Positions 1 through 7,690 of a stretch of 58,261 bases of DNA are shown in pieces. Numbering within the stretch: position 1 is the first letter of the stretch; the number at the start of each line of letters is the position of its first letter. Made by a program: the position numbers and the translations under genes. The stretch is taken from positions 1 through 58,261 of the forward strand of contig CALIZJ010000150.1 in the NCBI GenBank assembly GCA_938028845.1. Direction: 5' to 3'. This stretch comes from an uncultured Blautia sp. Lineage in GTDB: Bacteria > Bacillota > Clostridia > Lachnospirales > Lachnospiraceae. A model generated the notes under the pieces. That model saw only the letters and a list, made by a program, of their open reading frames with translations, searched no databases and was not told where the DNA came from.

Positions 1-1
1 C

Positions 2-550
2 ATCTACGTAACACATGACCAGACAGAGGCTATGACCCTTGGTACCAGAATCGTAGTTATGAAAGACGGCGTTGTTCAGCAGGTTGATACACCACAGAAT
101 CTGTATCAGAAACCAGGCAACCTCTTCGTTGCTGGATTCATGGGATCACCGCAGATGAACTTCCTGGATGCTAAGATTGCAGAAAAAGGCAGCGAACTGG
201 TAGCTAATATCGGCGAGCACACTGTAATCATTCCGGCAGCTAAAGCTAAAATCTTAAAAGAGGGCGGCTATGTTGGAAAGACCGTTGTTATGGGTATTCG
301 TCCGGAAGATATCCACGATTCCCAGATGTTCATCGAGGCTTCTCCAAGCGAACCGATGTCTTCTGTAGTTAAAGTATACGAGCTTCTTGGTGCTGAAGTA
401 TTCCTGTACTTTGATGTAGACGGAACTCAGGTAACAGCCAGAGTAGACCCGCGTACAACAGCTAAAACAGGCGATCCGATCAAATTTGCATTCGATATGG
501 AAAAAGCTCATTTCTTTGATAAAGAAACAGAACTTGTTATTACAAACTAA
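2..550 (+). CDS. Carbohydrate ABC transporter ATP-binding subunit (MsmX/UgpC/MalK family), 5'-truncated by the window edge
   Basis: Frame is open from base 2 (IYVTHDQTEAM, the H-loop), followed by P.NLFVAGFMGSPQMN and a C-terminal TOBE region (GIRPED). Confidence 0.93.
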   Translation: MYVTHDQTEAMTLGTRIVVMKDGVVQQVDTPQNLYQKPGNLFVAGFMGSPQMNFLDAKIAEKGSELVANIGEHTVIIPAAKAKILKEGGYVGKTVVMGIRPEDIHDSQMFIEASPSEPMSSVVKVYELLGAEVFLYFDVDGTQVTARVDPRTTAKTGDPIKFAFDMEKAHFFDKETELVITN

Positions 551-571
551 TTTTATGCAGGAATCTTTTTT

Positions 572-602
572 GACCCGGGGGAAATATTTCCCCGGGTCTT
601 TG
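572..602 (+). terminator. Intrinsic terminator-like hairpin
   Basis: GACCCGGGG-GAAATATTT-CCCCGGGTC followed by TTTT, just after the ATPase stop. Confidence 0.7.
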
Positions 603-633
603 TAGTATATATGAACACGAAAGGATACAACGA

Positions 634-1713
634 ATGACTATACAACATGTACTGCAAAAATGTCTGGATGACTGGAGCAGGATCAGCCATCTGGACTTTT
701 GTCTCCTTAACTCTGATAACAGCGTCTTTGTCTCCACATGCAGCCGGAAACTTCCTGCCGCCTCGAAACTCCAGGATTTTCGGGAAAGCTCTGCCATGTG
801 CATATCCAACACCACCAGCAGCCTTTTTAAGATCACAGAGGGCGAAGAATGTCCTTATATCCTGGTAGTCTGGGGAAAAGCAGAAGATCTTCCTACGATC
901 GGGGAACTGGCAGTATGCCAGGTACAAAGCCTGCTCTTAGCCTATGCAGAAAAAAGTGATAAGAATGCTTTCATGCAGAATCTGCTTCTTGACACCTACT
1001 CAGAAGTAGATGCCTTTAACCGGGCTAAAAAGCTGCACATCGCCACTTCTGTAAAACGTGCTGTCTTTCTGGTGGAAACAAAGCAGGCCAAGGATGAAAA
1101 TGCTCTGGCAACTATACGGAATATCTTTTCTTCCCGGACAAGGGATTTTATCACTGCCATTGATGACAGCGGCATCATTATCATACGTGAGCTTTCTTCT
1201 ACAGAAGGCTATGATTCCCTGGACAGCACCGCTTCCATGCTGGTGGATATGCTCAATACAGAGGCGATGACCTCTGCCTGGGTTGCATACAGCAGGATTG
1301 CGGAGGATTTAAAGGATCTCTCCGGCGCTTATAAAGAGGCGCGTACGGCTCTTGAGATCGGAAAAATCTTTTATTCAGACAGAAATGTTTTCAGCTATAA
1401 CAGTCTCGGCATTGGCCGGCTGATCTATCAGCTTCCTGTGTCCATATGTGAAATGTTTATTGATGAAATTTTTAAGGAAGAAACGCTGGATTCCATCGAC
1501 GAAGAGACGTTGATCACTATTCGGACTTTCTTTGAGAACAATCTGAACCTTTCAGAGACTTCCCGGCAGCTTTATGTACATCGGAATACCCTTGTGTACC
1601 GGTTTGAAAAACTGCAGAAGAAGTTTGGCCTGGATATACGGACCTTTGAAGATGCGCTGACGTTTAAGCTGGCGATGATGGTGGTGGATTATATTAAATA
1701 TTCTAAGAGATAA
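634..1713 (+). CDS. PucR/CdaR-family transcriptional regulator
   Basis: C-terminal HTH signature NLNLSETSRQLYVHRNTLVYRFEKL, preceded by a GGDEF-like region (AYKEARTALEIG, LGIGRLI). Confidence 0.9.
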   Translation: MTIQHVLQKCLDDWSRISHLDFCLLNSDNSVFVSTCSRKLPAASKLQDFRESSAMCISNTTSSLFKITEGEECPYILVVWGKAEDLPTIGELAVCQVQSLLLAYAEKSDKNAFMQNLLLDTYSEVDAFNRAKKLHIATSVKRAVFLVETKQAKDENALATIRNIFSSRTRDFITAIDDSGIIIIRELSSTEGYDSLDSTASMLVDMLNTEAMTSAWVAYSRIAEDLKDLSGAYKEARTALEIGKIFYSDRNVFSYNSLGIGRLIYQLPVSICEMFIDEIFKEETLDSIDEETLITIRTFFENNLNLSETSRQLYVHRNTLVYRFEKLQKKFGLDIRTFEDALTFKLAMMVVDYIKYSKR

Positions 1714-1746
1714 AGTTTAAAAGGATGTAATCGCCAATCAGCACAA

Positions 1747-1828
1747 AAAAGAAACAGGGGATGACGGACAATAGATAATTGCCAGCCATAGGCAACTATT
1801 ATATTCTCCCACATCCCCTGTTTCTTTT
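1747..1828. terminator. Long imperfect inverted repeat / bidirectional terminator between convergent genes
   Basis: 17-bp arms AAAAGAAACAGGGGATG / CATCCCCTGTTTCTTTT enclosing an inner TTGCC...GGCAA stem. Confidence 0.65.
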
Positions 1829-1874
1829 ATTTTTAACCTTTTTTATTTTTCGGAGAAAAATCTTTTGCGCTCTG

Positions 1875-2924
1875 TCAGCGAAGGAGCATCAGATGTTCGG
1901 GCGGAAGGTACAAGTATTCAGGCAGGTGGGAGCTGGGGTCTGACTCAAAACTAGTTTTCGGGCACATCCACCAAAGAGATGCGGCACCTTCCTGTTCTTT
2001 ATTTTTCACAAGATATTGGTGCTCGAAAGTCGTTTCTATGTATTCTTCCAGCTCTATGGGAAGACAGTTTTCCCTTTTCTCAGAAGCGGGACGCATCCAG
2101 TGTCCCCGAATCCCCACGTACATCCTATCAGGCGTCACCTCCTGCTCTGTACGAAGGCTTAATCCCCAGTCCACTGCATATACATGGTGTTTATCCAGGA
2201 TCTCTATACCGGAATAATTTTTACACCCGGTAAGCCGCGCCGCCTCTAAAAGAACAGGCTGCTTAAAGAGTTCTTTTGTATTTCCGAAAATAATCGTTTT
2301 CCCCTCTTTTAAAAGCATAAGCTGTTCGCAAAATTTATACGCTTCATCCCGGCTGTGGGTCACCATGATCATATCCCCATCGTAGCCCTTTAAAAAATCC
2401 TGCATGTCTCTTTGCATCACGTCCTTAAGATACCCGTCAAGAGCAGAAAACGGCTCGTCTAAGAGGATAACTTCCGGCTCGCCGATCATCATCCTCGCCA
2501 GTGCGACTCTTTGCTGCTGTCCGCCGGAAAGCTGGGATGGATAATGTTTTTCCAAACCTTCCAAACGATATCTCTGTATAAAATCTTTGATTTTTTCCTG
2601 AAGCTGCATCTTGCCGCCCCGAAAACCGCAGGCAATATTTTCCTCTACCGTCATAGTGGGAAAAAGTGCGTAATTCTGGAAAAGATAACCAATCCTTCTC
2701 TCCTGAGGCTTCAGATTGATTTTCTTTTCTGAATCAAATACGGTTTTTCCATTTACCACGATCTTTCCGCAATCCGGCGTTTCAATTCCCGCTATGCACC
2801 GCAAAGTCATACTCTTTCCGCTTCCGGACGCTCCCAGAAATCCTACTGTAGAAGACTCGCTTTCAAACTTCACCTGAAGGGAAAAACCTTTAAATTTTTT
2901 TTTAATATCTACATTTATCGCCAT
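1875..2924 (-). CDS. modC: Molybdate ABC transporter ATP-binding protein
   Basis: Walker A GASGSGKS, signature LSGGQQQRVALAR, LLDEPFSALD. Start set at ATG 2924, which overlaps the modB stop (TGATG). Confidence 0.9.
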   Translation of the reverse strand: MAINVDIKKKFKGFSLQVKFESESSTVGFLGASGSGKSMTLRCIAGIETPDCGKIVVNGKTVFDSEKKINLKPQERRIGYLFQNYALFPTMTVEENIACGFRGGKMQLQEKIKDFIQRYRLEGLEKHYPSQLSGGQQQRVALARMMIGEPEVILLDEPFSALDGYLKDVMQRDMQDFLKGYDGDMIMVTHSRDEAYKFCEQLMLLKEGKTIIFGNTKELFKQPVLLEAARLTGCKNYSGIEILDKHHVYAVDWGLSLRTEQEVTPDRMYVGIRGHWMRPASEKRENCLPIELEEYIETTFEHQYLVKNKEQEGAASLWWMCPKTSFESDPSSHLPEYLYLPPEHLMLLR

Positions 2925-3616
2925 CAGATCCACCTTCTTATCTTCATGCCCCGCCCGGAGATGATATTAATGGCAGCCACGATCACAAAGGACAAGGTAA
3001 GGATAATGGCAACCCAAAAGCCCGCTGTACCGTAATTTCCTGCCGCCGTCTCCGATGCGATGGCTACAGATATGGTCCGGGTCTTTCCAAGGATATTTCC
3101 TGCCAGCATGGAGGTAGCTCCGTATTCCCCAATGGCTCTGGCAAATGCAAGCACCGTTCCCGAGGCAATTCCAGGGCCGGCGGCTGGCATGATCACTTTC
3201 CAGAAGATCTGCCTGTCGCTCATTCCCAAAGTCTGCCCCGCATAGCGCAGGTTTACGTCCACCTGTTCAAAGGCAGCTCTGGCATTACGGTACATTAATG
3301 GGAAGGCGATCACCGCAGCAGCAATGACACAGCCTTTCCATGTCTGCACCACTTTTATGTCAAAATTTTCTAATAGAAAGCTTCCGAATGGTCTTTTCAG
3401 ACTAAAAAGCAAAAGCAGGAAAAATCCGGCCACCGTAGGCGGAAGTACAAGGGGCATGGTAAGCACCCCGTCCAGGATCCCCCTGGCGGTAGGGCGCAGC
3501 TTCATTGCCAGATTTGCAAAAAATATCCCTGCAAAAAAAGCAATTACCGTAGCCACGACCCCGGTTTTTAAAGAAATCCACAGAGGACTCCAGTTAATTT
3601 CCTGTAAAAACTCCAT
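2924..3616 (-). CDS. modB: Molybdate ABC transporter permease
   Basis: MPLVLPPTVAG, FPLMY, FARAIGEYGAT motifs typical of ModB. Confidence 0.93.
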   Translation of the reverse strand: MEFLQEINWSPLWISLKTGVVATVIAFFAGIFFANLAMKLRPTARGILDGVLTMPLVLPPTVAGFFLLLLFSLKRPFGSFLLENFDIKVVQTWKGCVIAAAVIAFPLMYRNARAAFEQVDVNLRYAGQTLGMSDRQIFWKVIMPAAGPGIASGTVLAFARAIGEYGATSMLAGNILGKTRTISVAIASETAAGNYGTAGFWVAIILTLSFVIVAAINIISGRGMKIRRWI

Positions 3617-3638
3617 CCTTATTCCCCGCTATACTTTC

Positions 3639-4577
3639 TTATTCTGCAGCTTCCTCTTCTGCCTCAGTATCTGCAGCTTCTTCTGTGCTTTCTTCAGAAG
3701 CTGTTTCATCCGCTGTATCCTCTGCTGTTTCTTCTGCAGCAGCTTCCGTTTCATCAGCAGCATCTTCTGCCGCTTCTGCTGTGTACGGAGCAAATCCATA
3801 CTCCTCAAACACTTTCATAGCCTCTTCTGACTTGATATATTCCAGGAACAGCTCTGCTGCGGCCAGATCGTCCTCTGTAGCTTCGCTGTCTTCTGTCATA
3901 CCTACCGGGTATAATACAGGCGTATCCAGGCTGTCTGCCGGAGCCTCTGCAATGATTTCCACACTGTCTGCAACAGACGCCGCATCTGTGGCATAAACCA
4001 CGCCTACCTCGTTGCTTCCTTCACTTACTGCTGCAAGGACTTCTGTTACGTTCTTGCCCTCATTGATCTCCATCTGCTCTACATCTTCCATGATTCCAAG
4101 ATTCGTAAAGATTTCTCTTGCATACTGTCCTACCGGAACACTCTCCCCGGCGAGGGCGATATTCGCAGCGTCTGTAATATTTTCAAAACCAGTTACCGCA
4201 GTCTCTCCTCCTGCCGGTTTGATCAGAACTACTTTGTTTTCCAGAAGGTCTGATACGGTATCCTCTTTTACCAGTCCTTCTTCCAGAAGTGCATCCATCT
4301 GCTGGCGTGCAGCGGAGAAGAAGATATCGCAGCGCGCCCCTTCCTCTATCTGGGTCTGTAATGTGCCGGAGCTGTCCGCATTATAAAAAATTTCCACATC
4401 CGGATAAAGCTCGTTAAAGTTTTTCTGGATTTCTTCCATAGAGTTGCTCAGACTGGCAGCGATAAAGGCATATACTTCCCCTTTTACCTCGCTCTCCTCT
4501 TCTGCTGCAAATACGCTAACCGGCATCCCTGCAGCCAAAATTCCAGCCAATGTAACCAACAAAATTTTTTTCTTCAT
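3639..4577 (-). CDS. modA: Molybdate-binding protein with an acidic Ala/Glu C-terminal tail
   Basis: AASL, SSGTLQTQIEEGA, DIFFSA, SVPVGQYA, GVVYATDA motifs; N-terminal signal peptide. Confidence 0.93.
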   Translation of the reverse strand: MKKKILLVTLAGILAAGMPVSVFAAEEESEVKGEVYAFIAASLSNSMEEIQKNFNELYPDVEIFYNADSSGTLQTQIEEGARCDIFFSAARQQMDALLEEGLVKEDTVSDLLENKVVLIKPAGGETAVTGFENITDAANIALAGESVPVGQYAREIFTNLGIMEDVEQMEINEGKNVTEVLAAVSEGSNEVGVVYATDAASVADSVEIIAEAPADSLDTPVLYPVGMTEDSEATEDDLAAAELFLEYIKSEEAMKVFEEYGFAPYTAEAAEDAADETEAAAEETAEDTADETASEESTEEAADTEAEEEAAE

Positions 4578-4590
4578 ACATGTACCCTCT

Positions 4591-4632
4591 TTCGTTCATT
4601 TTTGTTTTGTTTTATTTTGTTTTATTCATTTT
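4591..4632. repeat. ~10-bp-period direct repeats over the modA transcription start (candidate operator)
   Basis: TTCGTTCATT TTTGTTTTGT TTTATTTTGT TTTATTCATT lies between the -10 and the RBS. Confidence 0.5.
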
Positions 4633-4656
4633 AACTAATTCTGGTGGACTTGTCAA
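4628..4656 (-). promoter_or_regulatory. SigA-type promoter for modABC
   Basis: Minus strand TTGACA (4656-4651), 17 nt, TAAAAT (4633-4628). Confidence 0.75.
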
Positions 4657-4678
4657 TTCTGTTTGCCTATGATACCAT
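4650..4678 (+). promoter_or_regulatory. Candidate promoter for the molbindin/regulator operon
   Basis: TTGTCA (4650-4655), 17 nt, TGn-TACCAT (4673-4678). Confidence 0.5.
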
Positions 4679-4767
4679 AGATACTACAACATATTTCGCT
4701 GGCACTTCAGAAAATGCAGCGGAATGTACTACAATCAATTTTTATATTCAGGAGGGACATAAACACC

Positions 4768-4980
4768 ATGAAGTTAAGTGCACGTAATCAATTAAAAGGA
4801 AAAGTAGTCAGCATCAATAAAGGAGCCGTAAATTCCATCGTTTCCATTGACATCGGCGGCGGAAACATCGTGGTTGCCACTATTTCCTGCGCAGCAGTAG
4901 AAGAATTAAAACTTGAAGTAGGCTCTGACGCCTATGCTGTCATCAAAGCGACAAACGTAATGGTGGGAATCGATGAATAA
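4768..4980 (+). CDS. mop: Molbindin (Mop/TOBE-domain molybdate-binding protein)
   Basis: MKLSARNQLKGKV...IKAT signature, 70 aa; RBS GGAGG at 4751 supports ATG 4768 over the longer ORF. Confidence 0.9.
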   Translation: MKLSARNQLKGKVVSINKGAVNSIVSIDIGGGNIVVATISCAAVEELKLEVGSDAYAVIKATNVMVGIDE

Positions 4981-5899
4981 ATTCTATACCGCTCAGGAAG
5001 TTGCAGATAAGCTGAAGATAAAAAAGACCACTGTCTACGAACTGATCAAGCGGGGCGAGCTGGTCTCCTCCAAAGTCGGCAAACAGCTTCGCATCAGTGA
5101 GGAGCAGTTAGATCAGTATGTGCATGGCACAGTACAGGAAACAGCGGCTCTCCCCACAGACATAGACTTTCTGCCGGAGAGCTCTCTTCTGAAAAGAGAT
5201 TATCTGCTTTATTCCAATGGTCTGATCCTTTGCGGACAGACCTCTCCTGCCTTGGAACTTCTTTGCAGCCAGATGGCGGTCCACCCCAAAGGGATGCCTG
5301 TGCTTCAGTCTCATATGAATACCTATAACAGTCTATATTCTCTTTACTTTGGAAAAGCACATGTTGCGGCAGCAAGCCTGCCCCTGGAGAACATTCCAGC
5401 CCTTGTACCCGGAACCGCTCTTGCAGTTATCCACCTATACGAGTTTCCTCTTGGCATCTACGTGCAAAAAGGAAACCCCAAAGGAATCCACGGCCTGCAG
5501 GATCTGACAAGGGCAGATGTAATCCTGGCAAACAGAGAGAAGGGCAGCACCAGACGGATGTATCTGGACAAAGCTCTCACTGATGCCGGAATCCTCGCCT
5601 CAGATATCTCCGGCTACCGGAAAGAACTGGTCTCCGACCTTTCCACCGCCGCCGCAGTAGGAAGCGGAAAAGCAGATGCCGCACTGGGCGAAGAGTATGT
5701 GGCTCGCCAGTCTCCTGCGCTGGACTTTCTGCCCCTTATAAATATGCCCATGTATCTGGTAACAGAAAGGGCATCCTTAAATAAGCCTGGTTTTTCTGCT
5801 TTATTGGATATTGTCCGCAGCGAAGATTTCCGCACCGGAATACAGGGGCAAACAGGATATGACACGGGACGGATCGGTGAGATCACTTATCTGAAATAA
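4973..5899 (+). CDS. Excisionase-like HTH + periplasmic-binding-fold regulator (YvgK-like, molybdate-linked)
   Basis: N-terminal YTAQEVADKLKIKKTTVYELIKRGEL (HTH_17); C-terminal KGNPKGIHGLQDL, NREKGSTRR, GYDT (PBP_like). Confidence 0.85.
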   Translation: MNKFYTAQEVADKLKIKKTTVYELIKRGELVSSKVGKQLRISEEQLDQYVHGTVQETAALPTDIDFLPESSLLKRDYLLYSNGLILCGQTSPALELLCSQMAVHPKGMPVLQSHMNTYNSLYSLYFGKAHVAAASLPLENIPALVPGTALAVIHLYEFPLGIYVQKGNPKGIHGLQDLTRADVILANREKGSTRRMYLDKALTDAGILASDISGYRKELVSDLSTAAAVGSGKADAALGEEYVARQSPALDFLPLINMPMYLVTERASLNKPGFSALLDIVRSEDFRTGIQGQTGYDTGRIGEITYLK

Positions 5900-5900
5900 A

Positions 5901-5942
5901 CAGGCGGGACCGCTGCACAAAACTGTGCGTCGGTCCCTCCTG
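5901..5942. terminator. Hairpin between convergent genes
   Basis: CAGG-C-GGGACCG...CGGTCCC-T-CCTG with an inner GCACA/TGTGC stem; no strong U tract. Confidence 0.5.
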
Positions 5943-5980
5943 ACATTTACTGTAAAATCCTGTTTTCTAATTTTTCAAAA

Positions 5981-7354
5981 TCACACCAAGAACAAGGCAA
6001 CAATTCCCGTAACTACAATACCCGTAACCACAGGAATCATATTTTTACGTGCAAGCTCGCTGGGGGAGATGCCGCAGATCGCCGCCACAGGAACAACGCC
6101 CCATGGGATGATGGTTCCGCCTCCTACCCAGACAGTAGTAAGCTGTCCTAAAGCGGCCAAAATTGCCGTATTCAGCCCTGTAGTAGCGGCAAAGGTTCCT
6201 GCAATAGATCCAACCAGAGGAAGGCCGGAAAAGCCAGAACCATCCAATCCGGTGATGACGCCTACCAGGATCTCAATAATCACACAGAACACACTGTTCA
6301 CTGGTACATGTTCAGAAATAAAATAACTGATATCATTTAAAATAGCCGGTGCGCCTTCTCCAAATACAGATACGGCATACTGCTCGCTTCCAAGAAAGAA
6401 AAATGCCGCGATCACAAGTACAGGAGCAAAGATACGCACAGAGAAAACAAACCCTTCTTTTAAATAATCCACCGTATCTCCTAAAGCCGCCGGAAAACCG
6501 GAACCGGCAATGGTAATGACACAGGTAAGGATCAGCGCTGTACCTGCCACAAAGGCCGTAGCATCTCCGCCCTGGATGTGCAGGACGATCATCGCAATAA
6601 TAATGGCGATAAAGGAACAGGCTACCACAATGGCCAGAACCTTAGCCAGCACAGGTCTGGTGATTTCTGACTCAGCATAATCCGTTGTAATCTCTTTTGT
6701 CTCTGTGACAAGATTCTTTTTCATATCCCGCTTCATCATGATAAATGACATCACGGCAACAGTAACGGACATAACCAGCCACAAAGGAACCGATGCAGAT
6801 ATAACGGATGTCACCGGCAGTTCTGCGCTGGCCGCCGTGATAGCAGGTGCTCCCTGAATGAAAAAATCAGAGGACAGTCCCATTCCATGACCAAAGATAT
6901 TCATGGTCACAGCCGCCCAAATAGCCGGAAGACCTACACGGCCTGCTACCGGCAAAAGCAGCGCTCCAACCAGGACTACTGCTGGGGAAGGCCATATCAA
7001 CCAGGAAATAATAAGCATACAGATACCAATTCCCCAAAAGGCACCGGAAGGCTTTTTAATAATCTTCCTCACCGGCCGGATCATGATCTCATCAATGCCT
7101 ACTTTATGCATAGCTTTTGACATAGCGGTAACTACGGCGATGACCAGCATGATACTGAACAGTTCTCCATTTGAGACGATAACCGCATTATTTAAAGCCT
7201 GGACCGCAGAAACCACATTACCTGTATAGGCAAGGGCGATCAGAAAAATACCCACCACGCAGGGAATCACGATCTCTTTTTTCATCATAAGGAAAACAAG
7301 GATCAGAATCGTCATAAAAATAAAAATGTAATGTACCAGAGACAGAGTAGTCAT
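5981..7354 (-). CDS. Uncharacterised polytopic membrane transporter (ion-transporter superfamily-like), 457 aa
   Basis: About 12 hydrophobic segments with Gly/Pro-rich re-entrant-like motifs (WPSPAV, GLDGSGFSG, WVGGGTIIPWG). RBS AAAGGAG precedes ATG 7354. Confidence 0.75.
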   Translation of the reverse strand: MTTLSLVHYIFIFMTILILVFLMMKKEIVIPCVVGIFLIALAYTGNVVSAVQALNNAVIVSNGELFSIMLVIAVVTAMSKAMHKVGIDEIMIRPVRKIIKKPSGAFWGIGICMLIISWLIWPSPAVVLVGALLLPVAGRVGLPAIWAAVTMNIFGHGMGLSSDFFIQGAPAITAASAELPVTSVISASVPLWLVMSVTVAVMSFIMMKRDMKKNLVTETKEITTDYAESEITRPVLAKVLAIVVACSFIAIIIAMIVLHIQGGDATAFVAGTALILTCVITIAGSGFPAALGDTVDYLKEGFVFSVRIFAPVLVIAAFFFLGSEQYAVSVFGEGAPAILNDISYFISEHVPVNSVFCVIIEILVGVITGLDGSGFSGLPLVGSIAGTFAATTGLNTAILAALGQLTTVWVGGGTIIPWGVVPVAAICGISPSELARKNMIPVVTGIVVTGIVALFLV

Positions 7355-7384
7355 AAGGCAATCTCCTTTTAAATATAACAAATT

Positions 7385-7494
7385 ACGGCACAGAACAACA
7401 GATTCAGAATACGCCCTTGGAAGGAACCTTCCTGTTTGCAATAGAATTTATGTAAAAAGCGGGACTTACATCCCCTCCGACACTCTGCTCCGCT
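7385..7494 (-). ncRNA. Candidate structured cis-regulatory 5' leader RNA (family not recognised)
   Basis: ~140-nt UTR with nested contiguous stems found by eye (see findings). Confidence 0.4.
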
Positions 7495-7502
7495 AAAGCA
7501 AA

Positions 7503-7531
7503 ATACTATCATAGCACAGCCACAATGTCAA
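7503..7531 (-). promoter_or_regulatory. SigA-type promoter for the transporter
   Basis: Minus strand TTGACA (7531-7526), 17 nt, TGn-TAGTAT (7508-7503). Confidence 0.7.
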
Positions 7532-7690
7532 TAATCCGACAGAAAAAATTATAGTGCAGGCGCATTTTTTTCTGTTAAAGATATTGACAAAAGAAGAGAA
7601 AAAAACTAAGGTATTTTTAGATAAAAATCCTGGTTCTAATATCAGAAACAGAAAAGAAATTTTGACTTAAATGTAAAGGAGAAATCAGCA

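Noticed and set aside
4973..5130. Excisionase as a sign of a mobile element
   Set aside because: The HTH is fused to a PBP-fold domain beside mod genes, which is a regulator architecture.
7385..7494. Assignment as a Moco or SAM-I riboswitch
   Set aside because: Lacks the Moco CCGAG/CCUAA/GGAAAC/GCCUCC features. AGAG..GGAGGG..CCCG resembles an S-box, but the AUC/GAU P1 and GGUGC elements are missing.
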